Below are positions 11,254 through 24,950 of a stretch of DNA of 64,000 bases, piece by piece (the stretch's first letter is position 1; each line of letters opens with the position of its first letter). The translations under genes were made by a program, and so were the position numbers. Below the pieces are notes generated by a model. It made no database searches. It saw only the letters and a program-made list of their open reading frames with translations, and had not been told where the DNA came from. Source of the stretch: Octopus sinensis. Its lineage: Eukaryota. Location of the stretch: positions 128,588,001-128,652,000 of the forward strand of contig NC_042998.1 of assembly GCF_006345805.1 (NCBI RefSeq). Reading direction: 5' to 3'.

Positions 11254-14200
11254 CTGTAAATAGAAAATATAAATTGTTTCAATGTTTCTAACCACTTAAT
11301 TTTTATACAACTTTTGCAAATTAATCCCATATGTTTTGCAATTTTATTGAGAGTTGGGTGAAACACCCTGAAGTTTCCTAATTTAAAATGTATTTTTTAA
11401 AAATTACATAAAGAAATTTAACAAAATAACTCAAGTATCTAGTAACAGCCAAAATTATATTTGGTAGTATTAAAAATAATTTTCAAATTGTACCCTTTAT
11501 CAAGGGTAAAATAAATTGTTAATGAAAAATTGCTTTTTTTAAAGTAAATGTCCCCTCTTTTATAAAACTTTTATCCTTGTATGAAAGTCATGAGCTGATT
11601 GGAATATTAAGTTATTTTTACCATGATGGCTACATAAGCTATCTTTCCATAAAAAATAAAATCTGTCTAGATAGCAATCATATTGTATAGAAATAACCAG
11701 ATATTCCAATATCAGAATTTGGTTTAACCCTTTCATTCAGATTACACTGTCAAATGTAATGCTCATTTATTCAAATTGTTTTGAACTTATCATATGTTGT
11801 TTCTTAGCTTCACAAATTCAATACTGGGGTTGTTTATTCTTAAAATGACATTGTAGGATAGATGTGAGAGGCCAGATCTGGTTGGTCTGAACGTAAAACA
11901 AGTAGAATATTTGGGCCCAATATGGCCAGTTTAAATGCTAACAGATTAATAATAATGCCTTATCTGATTTCAACCTCTTGAACATAAGTGTTTTTCTAAA
12001 ATGGGAATTCAAATTGTCTGAAACCTCATCAACTATTTTTTTTTTTTAATCTGAAACCAGGATCAACCATGAAAGCTATGGTTACAAATGCATCTTAACT
12101 AAAAAAAAAAAAATTATTCTCCAAATCTTATTTTTGGGACCCTCTTATATATTTTATTTTACTTACATATTATGACTATTGAGATTGTTATTTTTAAACT
12201 TCTATTATCATGTTTATTTGCATCAGTGTTGTTGTTCAGCTCCACGTAAGTTCTAATCGAGTTTTGCCATAATCAAACTTGTTCCAACGTGACCATCTTG
12301 CTTTTTTCAGGGTATGCAGAAAGATTCATTATTTAATGTCTCATTTCCTAATTTAAAACTGAAAATCACTTTCAATCAAACTCATTGTCAAAGACATTCA
12401 AGTCATTTCATTCCTGCACACATATATACTGTACTTTGAAATGCTTTATATCAAAACAAAATTGAGCTTGTCACTTATCTACTGTAGATGAATGAGGCTA
12501 GTACTAAAGCAGTGAGCGGAGCCATCCATGCTACAAGGTTATAAGTACACTTTTTGAGGTCACCAATATGGTTTACAAACTTAACTAGAAAATGGTTTTA
12601 ATTCAATTTTCTCAGTTTGCTTTCCTTAGCAGATGTATGAAAAGCCCTATTACACTATTTCTGATTAAGTAGTTCAGCAGAGTGATCCTTTTGGTCTTGT
12701 ACTGGTTATACTGGATATCAATGGTATTGCTAGGTTGGGGCCTGAATTGCATTTATGTGTTTGGTATTTTGATAGTGTATGGTTGCAGGAGGGAGTGGGA
12801 TGGGCTGGATAGGGTCCTCAGTACAGTGAAGTCGTTTATTGAGGAACTTGGTCATAAGAATCTTTAAATTAATGATTCTAAATGTGAATTTTAGACACAT
12901 CAGTCCATGGTGGATCTGGTCACTAAATATTTCAACAACCTCTTGGTCCAATTCCTAGGTAAGCTTGTTTCAGAATCACTTTGTATTCAGACAATTTGTA
13001 TAGCCCCAAATATTTGGTTTTCATATTCCCTACCCCCATTTTTTTTGTTTTTTCATGTTTACTCCACTTTGGTGAGAAAAATCCACTTTTTTAACATGGA
13101 CTCACTCCAAAGGCAGATGGGATGACATTATACTATTATGGAAGGGGTCTGGTTTGTTAGTTCCATAGCAGGATATATCAATTCAAAAAATTGAGACAAT
13201 TTTCAAGTAAAGCCTATTTTTAACTGTTTTTGAATAATCTGACCAATATTCAATGAGTCACTTCCACAAGTGCTAACTTACAATATTTTTCCTGTGGATG
13301 AACATCAGTGGTTTACTTGGCCTGGATGGGTTCTGCATCTTTATTGCTCTTGGAGTTGGAACTGATGTATATAAGGCAATGAGTTGTCCTTGTGACAAGC
13401 CCCTTGTTTCCCAGAGCTTTCATGGATAATCATGTTAACTGAAAGCAGGTTGTTTTGCTAATAACTAGGATAAATCTAACAATAAAATGAGCCTAAGTCA
13501 GAGTAAATATCTCCTTAATTTTGAAGTAGTGGGATTGTCAAGAGAAAAGGCTCAAGGGTTGTACTCTTTGGTCTTGAGCTAGAGGTCAGTGCCACTTACA
13601 GGGTGCAACATTTAGTAATCCTTTTGCTTCATTACATATCCTAAATGCTGCAGCAAAGGTAGGAGCTACTGAATGGAACAAAATTCTGAAATACTGTACT
13701 TTTGGTTGAATTAATTTACAATCTGTGGCATTCAAGATATCTTGGAGAGCCTGGTTGCTGATAATGAAGTTTTGCCATGAATTCATTTCAAATTAATTCC
13801 AGAGAATTGATGGGGTGGGGGTTGGAGAGTAAAACTAGTTGATGATTAATTTAACAAACTTGTAAAATTTATGCAAGAATTACTTTTGGTTTGCATATGT
13901 AACAACTAAATTACTCTACAACTAACATGATAAATCCACTTAGTCTACTCTGTGAAGTAGTTTGTAATACAAAGAGTATATAGTTATAAAACCCATGCCA
14001 AAAATAACATAACAGAGACAGAATTAACCAGCTCTTCTCTGTTGTTATGAGTACCAGATAATGACAGACGCATGAGTTTTGATTATTCAAGTATGTTACC
14101 ATAAGTTAATGAGGTTACAAATTAAAAGTTCAAGTCACATATATTTAGAGTGCTGACTATGCACATTACTTCGCTAAGTGCTCATCAATAACTTATGTAT

Positions 14201-16339
14201 TACAGTCACAAAATAGACTGGTTAGATTTATTCTGAATTTATAAGATGCAACCAAATGAAGAACGAAATTCATGCCTGAAATTTAGCTGAGGTTCTTGGA
14301 CATAAAAAAAAATAGGGTGAGAATTGAATAAAAGAAAGAATGTAAGATAAGGCATGGAATTTGGAAAAGTAAACTTGGCTAATAGAAATTAAGATTATTC
14401 AACACGATCCACAAAGAAAATAATAATAGGCCAAGAAATTTTATCAACTAATATGGGTCTATGATTTGAAAATGAAAGTGGAACAAAAAAACTTTGGAAT
14501 GTGGAAGGTGTATATTTACAAATTCATGTAAACTACATGACGGAAATAATTGCACAGAGCACAAATAAAACATTGAAAAATTGTCAAAGTGACCATAATA
14601 GTCTGAAGGAGTCCAAAATTAAATGACAAATATGAGCTCACAATTTTTATTCTTATAGCAACCAACTGATTGTCAAGAGACAATATGCTTAATTTCCTTC
14701 AATGAAAAATATTTTATTTTTCATAAATTTTCCCACATTTAATCATATTTTTATATAATGTATAACAGCATGGGTGACCATATAAAAGTATTTGTAGTAA
14801 ATAATTGTTTTAATGGGATTGAAAGAGGGAAAGACTTTCTCATTGTATCAACAATTTTTCTAGTGCTAGTAGCATGATTAATTCATCTAGACCACACTGT
14901 AAAATTGTTGGAGATAGGAAGGACATACAGTTATAAAACCCATGCCAAAATAACATCACAGGAATTGGTCTTTCAGTTTTGCAGATGATGACAGACAGCA
15001 ATGAATGGTGAGGTGCTAAGAGGGCCATCCAACCCATACTGCATGGAAAAGCAGATGTAAAATGGTGATAAAATTAATATTAAAACAAATGTAAAACTGA
15101 GGAAATGGGCTAAAATCAGTCACTAAAACTGACAACATTGTGACAAAGTTCATGTAAACATTTTCACAACTTTAAACATAAATTGTATTTGTACCAGTGA
15201 AAATATTTACTAAAATTCCAAACAGTGATGAACCAAACCCTTTAGTTAGTTTCAAATATTAGTTATTTGTTCAGTTATGTCAACAAGGTTTGAACAAAAA
15301 TATATAGCAACTGCATTTCCTTTCTCACAGATAAAATATATTTAAGCTTCAGAAATAGACCAGTTTCAGAGACTTTCTCTTTCTTGTTGACCATCTAGTT
15401 GGTAGGACAGCACCCTAAAACATTAGGGTTTCCCTAAATTTATCAAATGAAAAGGAAAGTGAACTACTACCAATTACAGATTTTCTTGAAACTGAAATTA
15501 CATAATATGCTTGCTTTCTACATTCTTATCTTGCATAGCAAGTAGCATTTCTCTATTCAATATTTCATTATCATGTGAGTTGGCAAGCTGGCAGAATAGT
15601 TAGCATACCAGACAAAATGTTTAGCAGCATTTCCTGTCTTAACATTCTGAGATCAAATGCTGCTGGAGTCAAGTTTGCCTTTCTTCCTTTTGAGGTTAAT
15701 AAAATAAGTACCAGCTAACACTGGGATCAATGTAATCAGCTTGTCCCTTTCTCCCCAAAATTGCTGGCCTTGTGCCAAAATTTGAAACCAATATGTCATT
15801 ATCATGTCAAAATAACATTCCTTAATTTAGAAGTCTTTAAAATGGTGCATAAACATAACATTGTATTTAAATAGTAACTAACTTTAAGAGAAACCTCTTT
15901 TTCACAGTGTACTAAACTTACTTTTACATCAATAGGTTCAAGCACCAAAATCATTGATTATTTTGTATTTCTATTTAGAACAGTTGACACAATGGATTTT
16001 AAAAATAAACAATAGTGACACACCTTAATATCTATTACTTGTCTAGCAAATTTTATAGATTTAAATTGCGTAAAGAAAGCTTGTGGGAAGCTTTAGCTAA
16101 CAAAAAATTTTAATTGTTCTCATTCTTTTCTGCTCAAGGCACAAGCCCAAAATCTTTGGGGTGAGGGCCAGTTGATTAGGTCAACCCCAGTGTGCAACTG
16201 GTTTTCATATTGTAAGCAACACCTTAAGACAATTGAGCTAAAGTCTTGCTCTGAAGTAATTCCGCCTTTTCCACTAGCAGATGATAACTTTGTAATGTTA
16301 GCTTAATTTCAAGAATAAATATCTAAAGCTGCTAAAGTA

Positions 16340-18188
16340 GAAATACCTGGCCAAAGATAAACCTCGGTACCTGGCTTTCGTCGACATGGAGAAAGCCTTT
16401 GACAGGGTCCCCCAATTCCTTATCTGGTGGTCAATGAAGAAACTAGGGATAGATGAATGGTTAGCAAGAGCTGTGCAAGCCATGTACAGGGACGCTGTCA
16501 GTAAGGTGAGGGTTGGCAACGAGTACAGTGAAGAATTCCGAGTAGAGGTAGGGGTCCACCAAGGTTCAGTCCTCAGCCCCCTCCTATTTATCATAGTCCT
16601 CCAGGCAAAAACAGAGGAATTCAAGACAGGATGCCCTTGTGAGCTCCTCTATGCTGACGACCTTGCTCAAATTACTGAGTCACTATCAGAACTAGAGAAG
16701 TTTCATGTGTGGAAACAAGGATTAGAATTGAAGGGCCTTAAAGTCAACCTAGCTAAAACCAAAGTCCTAATAAGTAGAAAGGCAGGCAAACCACAAATCC
16801 CTTCAGGTAGATGGCCCTGCTCGATCTGTAGAAAAGGAGTAGATAGAAACTCTATAAGATGTACCCAGTGTAAGCTATGGACACATAAGAGGTGTAGTAA
16901 TATCAAAGGAAGGCTAACTGGGAAGATAGTTTTTGTATGTGGCAGATGCTCAGGAGCAATAAACACTGAAAATGTGCAGAGAACAACTTCCGCCACATTC
17001 CAGGGAGAAAAACTAAAAGTAGTTGATAGCTTCCATTATCTAGGTGACCAAGTCAATAGCAGGGGAGGGTGTTTTGCATTTTTTACAATTCATCTAGCTG
17101 CTAGAATAAGAATAGCCTGGGCAAAGTTCAGCGAGCTCTTACCTCTGCTGGTGACAAAGGGCCTCTCGCTCAGAGTAAAAGGTAGACTGTATGATGCATG
17201 TGTACAAACAGCCATGCTACATGGCAGTGAAAAATGGGCTGTGATTGCTGAGGACATGCGTAAGCTGGCAAGGAATGAAGCCAGTTTGCTCCGATGGATG
17301 AGTAATGTCAGTTTGCATACTCAACAGAGTGTAAGTACTTTGAGAGAAAAGTTGGACCTAAGAAGCATCAGATGTGGTGTGCAAGAGAGACGACTGTGCT
17401 GCTATGGTCATGTGGTGAGAATGAATGAAGATAGCTGTGTGAAAAAGTACCACACCCTAGTAGTTGAGGGAACCTGTGGAAGAGATAGACCCAGAAAAAC
17501 CTAGGATGAGATGGTGAAGCATGACCTTCAAACATTAAGCCTCACCGAGGCAATGACTAGTGACCACCTTTGGAAATATGCTGTGCTTGAGATGACCCGG
17601 CAAGCCAAGTGAGACCATAACCTCATGGCCTATACCAGGTGTGTAACCAGCTCACTTATGTGTACCTTTCCTTTATTGGACATTAAACTGCTTGCGAAGA
17701 CCTGTTGAGGCAAGTCAAATTGAAATTGAAATTAAATTCGATGACTGGCATCTGTGCTAGTGGAGCACTAAGAGCACCATCTGAATGTTATCATTGAAAG
17801 AGCAGCTAACTGGCTTCCGTGCTGGTGGCACATAAAAAGCACCATTCATGCGTGATCATTACCAGTGTCACCTTACTGGCACTTGTGCCGGTGACATGTG
17901 AAAAAAAACATTCAAGCAAGGTTGGTGCCAGTGCAGGTGGCACGTAAAAAACACCATTTGAGCATGGCCATTGCCAGTACTGCCTGACTGGCCCTCGTGC
18001 CAGTGGCACGTAAAAGCACCCACTACCTCTCGGAGTGGTTGGTGTTAGGAAGGGTATCCAGCTGTAGAAACTTTGCCAGATCAGATTGGAGCCTGGTGTA
18101 GCCATCTGGTTCGCCAGTCCTCAGTCAAATCATCCAACCCATGCTAGCATGGAAAGCAGACGTTAAACAATGATGATGATGATGACGA
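16340..18188 (+). mobile_element. 5'-truncated RTE/RTEX-type LINE with 8-bp TSD CTAAAGTA
   Basis: ORF 16386-17504 carries RT motifs DMEKAFDRVP, GVHQGSVLSPLLF and YADD, a Cys/His finger and RLCCYGHVVRM. Tandemly repetitive 3' UTR and (GAT)n tail. CTAAAGTA at 16332-16339 and 18189-18196. Confidence 0.95.
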
Positions 18189-19619
18189 CTAAAGTATGGT
18201 TTCATAACTCAGACCATATATTCAATGGAGATTATTGCAATCCCTACAATAAACAAGATCCTTTCTTTACAACAGCTGTTTGTATTGACACTTAAATAAG
18301 TGTAAGTTAATAATTTTATTGTTAACATGAACTAAACATATAGAACAAGTGTGTTTATTGATATTTAGCTAAGAAACAAAAAAAACAAAACAAAAAAAAC
18401 TGTCCTTTAGCATTTAAACCAGCCGTAATAGGCCCAAATATTCTACCTAGTTTATGCTAGATCTAGCCTCTCACACCTACCTTACAATGTCATTGGAAAA
18501 ATAATATATCATTGAAATCTTGAAATTACAAGATAATGCAGGATTAATTCAAAACGATGTAAATAAATAAGCATTATAACTGACAGAATAATCTGAATGC
18601 TAAAGGGTAAAAGATTACCATGAAACTTGTTAGCCAGATGACAGTTTAGTTATTTTCATAGAAGGCATTATCATCAATTAAAATGAATATAACATGTGAA
18701 AATGTCTAACAGTATTTTAGAATATTTTAGTAAGAATGGTGACTTTAACAAATTCCATGCCTTCAGGTTGAAAGCAGTTTTAGTTTCTTGTAGTTATTGA
18801 AATTGTTAAACAGGGTATAAAACTGAGTTTCATCAATTTTGCCATACAGACAAAACTGACATTTGTAGATGAAAAGGAAGTTTGGTTCAAGATACATTTG
18901 TAGGAGGAGTGGGGGGTTTTCTAATAAAGAAAGCTTTGTAGGTTTATTTTCACACTTAACACTTAATTAATGTTATCTATTAATAAAATTTTAATCAAAC
19001 ATTACTGAAAACCAGTAAAAAAAACCTTCATAATTTGTGTTACTATATTTTTTTTGCATTTTTTACAATCCCAGTTTCAAACTATAGAAGTTGTTGATTT
19101 GGAAGTACATGTTCTGGAAGAACTCTTACATACTGATGGATTTTTATATATGCTATCCACTCATACAGAATGAAAGTAGGAGCTGGATCTATTCTTATAT
19201 AAAATAGAGCAGTACCATATCAAGGGCAGAGTTGTAAGTTCAGTATCTGCCATAAATACAATGTGGTATTGAAATAAACAAAAATTGTTTATATGCAATG
19301 CGTCTAAGTTTACATACATGTCAACTTGCATTTTTGTATATAACAGCAAATTTTTGAACAGTTATCATGTTACTAACAAGGAACTATAATGACAGTAATT
19401 CATTACTCTGCACTTGAGGTTGTGTTTATTCAAAGACATAGCATATGGAGTCTGTAGGAGGCTGGTTATAAAATAACTAGGTTAGCAAAAAGCATGTGAA
19501 GTCTCATGAATGATACACATGCATATGTACACACACACACACACACTAAAGTAAATGGCTATGTGATTTAAAAGCATTACTGTTCAGCTAAATGTTAGCT
19601 ATTTAAAGTTTATAATTAA

Positions 19620-20016
19620 CTAGCAGTATCGCCCAGCGTTGCTCGGGTTTGTAAGGGAAATAACTATATAAGCATTTTTAGAGATGTAAAGTATAATAGC
19701 CATCTCAATATGGCTAACCACAAAGGGGGGTGTTACTGTAGCTTTTTACGTTCTGAGATTTAATAATACATTTTTAGAGAGTTACTTCCCTTATATAATA
19801 GCAAAAAAAATGCATTAAAAATGGGAAAAAAATGATGGTTCATTTTTTTTTAAATCATAGACTCATCGTAGACGCGCGCTAATACCCAGAAGGGCTCAAT
19901 ATGAATCATGACTATAAGATACCCGCTTTTGGTTACACTGCACCACAAAATGTGGGAGTAGTTAGGAATCTAAATCGTAGGAGACAGACACACAACTTCA
20001 CTTTTATATATAAAGA
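19620..20016 (-). mobile_element. Non-autonomous Helitron
   Basis: Minus strand reads A|TC...GC-rich hairpin (cccgagcaacgctggg)...CTAG|T with no TSD. A 5'-truncated copy is at 53852-54208. Confidence 0.8.
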
Positions 20017-20768
20017 TGTATATTAGTTAAGAAAAAAACAAAAACAAACAAACATTCCAGCCAACAGAATTTTTTAATATTAGGAAGGGTGACTTAGAAA
20101 AGATAAATTGATATAGTTATTGGGGCCTCTTGCTATGTATACAGTTACTGATACAAAGAAACTTTAATATTTCAGGTGACTGAATAATTAAGTGTTAACA
20201 GTTTGCATTGTTTCCTTAAGAAAGGACATAAAATGTTGATTCAGTTCATCTAATGAGTGACAACTGAAAAATTTGTTTAAAGAAATAAATATTGACAGTG
20301 TTAGAATTAAACCTTTGAATGAGCCACTCAGAGAATAAGGAATACAACTATTGGTAGTGTAGTTTAGTGCCATAGTGGCTCTTTGCCTGTTGAAGGCCAG
20401 TTTTGTCTTCTGGCTCAACAGAGCTAAACCCCTACTTCCAGGAAAGATACAAGTAGTTAAGATTTGGCGTACTCCTTCCTTCTCTTATAAAGCATTGCAT
20501 CAAAGTCAAAAATCAATATTGTAATTGTAAGGGAGAACTAGAATCATAGAAGTAAATTTAATTATAAAGTATACTGAGCTAACATAAACAGTGTTGCTAA
20601 ACTAAGTGGATACTAATTAAGAACTATCAACACATTAGTTGCTTAGCTGAATGTAATTGCATAGAATTGATTAAATGCTTGAGGTGTGAAAGGCAAAAAG
20701 TAGTTAACTACAAGATTTGAAAAAAAAAAAAAAAGTGCATTAGTTTATAAACAAAGAAATAAGCTTAC

Positions 20769-20995
20769 TTAACCCTTTAGCATTCAGATTACTCTGTCAA
20801 AAGTAATGCTTATTTATTCACATTGCTTTGAATTAATCATGCATTATCTCAAGTTTTGATATTTTGATGATGTGATTGTATATTTTTAGAATGACATTGT
20901 AAGGTAGGTGTGAGAATCCAGACCCGGCTGGTTTGAACATAAAACAAGTACAATATTTGGGCCGGATATGGCCAGTTCAAATGTTAAGGGGTTAA
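20769..20995. mobile_element. piggyBac-like MITE (TTAA-CCC...GGG-TTAA)
   Basis: TTAA at 20769-20772 and 20992-20995, TIR ccctttagcatt / aatgttaagggg. Related copies near 11724-11947, 18403-18610, 26795-27005, 52635-52842, 55532-55750 and 56080-56235. Confidence 0.7.
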
Positions 20996-22430
20996 TGTGA
21001 TCATTCATATAATTTTTACAAACTACATCAATATTTATATTTTAAAGATTTCAAGTTTAGGTTCCAAACTTCCAAGAATCAGAGTGAGGAAATTGGGACA
21101 GGTAGATAGTTGCAGTTACTATGAAACACAACTCATAGTAAGGTGTTGGGGGGGGGGGGGGGTTGGAGAGAAGCTTTTTAAAAACTAACAAAAATAAATT
21201 TGAGTACCAAAAGACAGCATGTATTCATTGATACAAAACTCAATAGTGTTCCAGAGATGACAATATTTAGGCAAGTACAGCAAGTTTAGATGATCAAAAC
21301 TAGGGAGTAGTTACTCTAAAGCAATAGGAAAACTGTGAGAGGCACTACAGCTGCAGATTTTAATGTTGTAATCTATATTGAATTAAGCTTGAAAGTTTTA
21401 ATAACTACTAGATTACTTACTATCTCCACAGTTTGATAGCTTGCGAAAGCTCTCTCAAATCTTGAGTTCATTGGGATGAGATAAAGTTTGAGATGTTTGT
21501 ATAGAGATTAAAGAGTTAGAAGCTGATGTTTTCTCTGAAGGATTGTGCATTATAGTACTGTTGTTTATCCCCCAGACAGACCTGCTGGAGAAGACCAACG
21601 ATCAAAGACATTCCAGTTATGATCTTTCAGTGTCTTAGAGTTTAACCAGGACTATAATTAGCAATATTTTCTCTTTTATTTATTTTCAAGTAGTAAAATC
21701 TGAATTTAGGGACACTTGATCACTATTTTTAGCAGGTTGAGGGATAACACAAGGGCTTCTTCGTTGGTTCAGCCATTAAATTTTGATGAAGCAGAGAAAA
21801 AATAATAAACAAAGACTTTCAGATTTAATACAGAGGATTTTCTTCTGAAAGTAGTTTAGTCAGTTAATAAACCTTAACAGAAAGCTTATCTTTTTGTTCA
21901 GAAGACAAACACTCCTCACTTCCTTCCTATGACCCTTCTAACAATTCCATATACACCCTCTTAATGAGTGAATAATTTACATATTCATTAGCCTCTTGAC
22001 TATGACAAACTTTTTATTCTGTTACTATGCATTTGCATTTATGGCATTCAAAATCCATCAATGTGCCATCAACATGCCAAATCTTTAAAACTTTTTTCTT
22101 ATTTTGAATTTCAATTTGTCAGAAATATTTATCTTGGTGTGATAACTTATTATCTATATCACAAAGATACTGAATGAGAAACAGCCTAAACATTAGCAGT
22201 AAACATTGCTGTGTCTATACTGGCATGAAGTAAAAATATATAAGACTTGACATCATCCAAGTTTGAGCAAGCTCTTATTTAAATTAATGCCCTCCAAGAC
22301 AAGTCAGAGAATCATGTTTTGCTTATAGGTTTCATTTTTGCCATAGTTTCTACAGCTAGATGACTTTCCTGTTGCCAACCGCTTCACACAGTGTATTGGG
22401 TATATTTTAGCATGGCACCAATAATAATCA

Positions 22431-22770
22431 CATCATCATTGTCGTTTAACGTCCACCTTCCATGCTGGCATGGGTTGGACAGTTTGACCGAGGGCTGGCA
22501 AGCCAGAAGGCTGGACCAGGCTCCAATCTGATCTGGCAAAGTTTCTACAGCTGGATGCCCTTCCTAACACCAACCACTCTGAGAGTGTAGTGGGTGCTTT
22601 TTACATGCCACCAGCACAAGGGCTAGTCAAGTGGTACTGGCATCAACCACACTTAAATGGTGCTTTTTACGTGCCACCGGCACGGGAGTCAGTCAGGTGA
22701 CACTGGCAATGACTACGCTCGAATGATGCTTTTTACGTGCCTCTGGCACAGGACCAATCAGCTGGCACTG
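22431..22770 (-). mobile_element. RTE LINE 3' tail fragment
   Basis: catcatcatt...aacgtccaccttccatgctggcatggg plus repeated tttttacgtgcc units. Confidence 0.85.
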
Positions 22771-23721
22771 GTCAAATCCATTACTCTTATTTAATATAAT
22801 CTCATTATTTACATAATCAATCTACTAAACATTTCTCTGATGTCAAAGCTTCCCAGAACATTTGATCTGGATGATAAAACTTAAGTCACTCAACTTCTCA
22901 ATACATTTTTAACATCGTATACAGACATCAAAATAACTGATGATCCAATGTGGCAGCCTCTATGTGGTCACTTAAACTTGCTAGAAACAGCAGCCAATCA
23001 CCTTACTATCTTGCAAAGAATATACTGGTTACTGCTGTCAAAGCTACAATATGCCTAAAAAATTGGAAATGTCGTGGCTGGAATGCCTTTGATTATAGGT
23101 TTGCTTGATCACGATTTAGTTGGGGCTAAGCAACTAGCTGAAGATAATGAGCAAGATTTGACAAGTCTTAGACTTAAAGGAAATGATAAAAGAAAAATAT
23201 TTGACAAGTGGACAAAGAACTAAGATTGACATGTTTAGAACTAACATCAAGCCATTTATATTATTTCCATTCTTTTAAGTTATTACCTAACCTTTGACAA
23301 CATTTATAATTCCACCACCAAAATATAATTCATTTCTTTCAATAGTAAGATGAAAATAACCAAACTAAATATTCCAGTTTCAGAAATAGCTTCAATACTA
23401 AAAAAATATTTCAACAGTTAAAAAATAGATAGCAAAACAAGTTAACTGGTTGGTTAATGAATGAGAGAAAAATTCAATAGGGATGTTGGATGAATTGGAA
23501 TTTAATAAATCATTTTGGAGATTTATAAAAAGCACCAATACTTGTGTGTGTAAATATAACTTCAGGAAAAACAATGAAAATAAAAGAGAACTTTAGACTA
23601 AATGTTTTTACAGTAGTAAGTTCTGCTTCTGCTGGCTGTGAATGCAGCTCTATCCGAGGTCAACAAAATTCCAGCAAGGAAGAGTTGAGAATCTGTTAAA
23701 TTCTTTACTCTACACTGCAAA

Positions 23722-24118
23722 CATCATCATTATCATCATTTAACGTCCGCTTTCCATGCTAGCATGGGCTGGACGATTTTGACTGAGGGCTGGTGAACCA
23801 GATGGCTGCACCAGGCTCCAATCTTGATCTGGCAGTGTTTCTACAGCTGGATGCCCTTCCTAACGCCAACCACTCTGAGAGTGTAGTGGGTGCTTTTACG
23901 TGCCACTGGCATGGGGGCCAGTCAGGTGGTACTGGTAACGACCTCGCTCAAATCTTTTACACATGCTAACGGCACAGGTGCCAGTAAGGTGACACTGGTA
24001 ACGATCACACTCGAATGGTGCCTTTTATATGCCACTAGCACAGAAGCCAGTTAGCCGCTCTGGCAACGATCATGCTTGGATGGTGCTCTTTGCATGGATG
24101 CCAGTCATCGACTTTGAT
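23722..24118 (-). mobile_element. RTE LINE 3' tail fragment
   Basis: Near match to the reverse complement of 17740-18188. Confidence 0.88.
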
Positions 24119-24614
24119 TTATGCGCACTAAATATTCTGGACCAATTGTGGCCAACAGAGACCATCAATAGTTTTCCAGATTTTATTCTAGAGTCAAAAT
24201 AGCTAGGATTTTCAGACAAATAGGATTTTCTATAAATTTTATGAGATATATTCAGTATAGGTTAATAGGAATGTATCACATCATCATCTAGTGTTTTAAA
24301 TCTGGGTTTTGTCTCTGTTAACGGGGGTGGCCAGATCTACCTCAATGCTATAGCAACTGAGGTAAGCAGGTGCAACCCACCCCAACTTTTGGGCTGGATG
24401 GTGCCCATTCTCCTTTGCTATCATGAGGCTTTTTTGGAGCTGGATTTTCTACAGGGAGCATACCCTAGCTTACCCCCAACCTCAGTTTCTAGACATGAGT
24501 GGTCCTGAGACCAAGGCTTTTACTCCCTGAGACCCCTTTCTGAACCCCCCTATCTTCACAATGTCTAACTACATGTATTGTACTACCATTTTAATTGATG
24601 TACATTTCTCCATG

Positions 24615-24950
24615 TGAAGGTGCATGGCTCAGTGGTTAGAATGTCAAGCTCACAATCATGAGGTAGTGAGTTTGTTTCCCAGACCAGGCTATGCGTTGTG
24701 TTCTTGAGCAAGACACTTTATTTCATGTTGCTCCAGTTCACTCATCTGTAGAAATGAGTTATGACATCACTGGTGCCAAGCTGTATCAGCCTTTGCCCTT
24801 CTCTTGGATAGCTTCGGTGGTGTGAAGTGGGAAGGCTGATATGCATAGGTGACTGCTGGTCTTCCATAAATAACCTTGCCCCAACTTGTGCCTCAGAGGG
24901 GAACTTTCACGGTGCAATCCCATGGTCATTCTTGACTGAAGGGGGTCTTT
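24615..24950 (+). mobile_element. tRNA-headed SINE with CORE-like domain
   Basis: Head tgaaggtgcatggctcagtggttag and core gcaagacact...ttgctccagttcactca. Reverse copy at about 49637-49968, partial copies at 7660-7860 and 61930-62180. Confidence 0.8.

Noticed and set aside
17740-18050. Regularly spaced repeats resembling a CRISPR array
   Set aside because: Eukaryotic context, degenerate units without unique spacers, part of a LINE 3' UTR, no cas genes.
24615-24690. tRNA-like sequence (also at 27227 and 49900-49968)
   Set aside because: Heads of SINEs that continue into SINE body sequence. No complete cloverleaf is evident.
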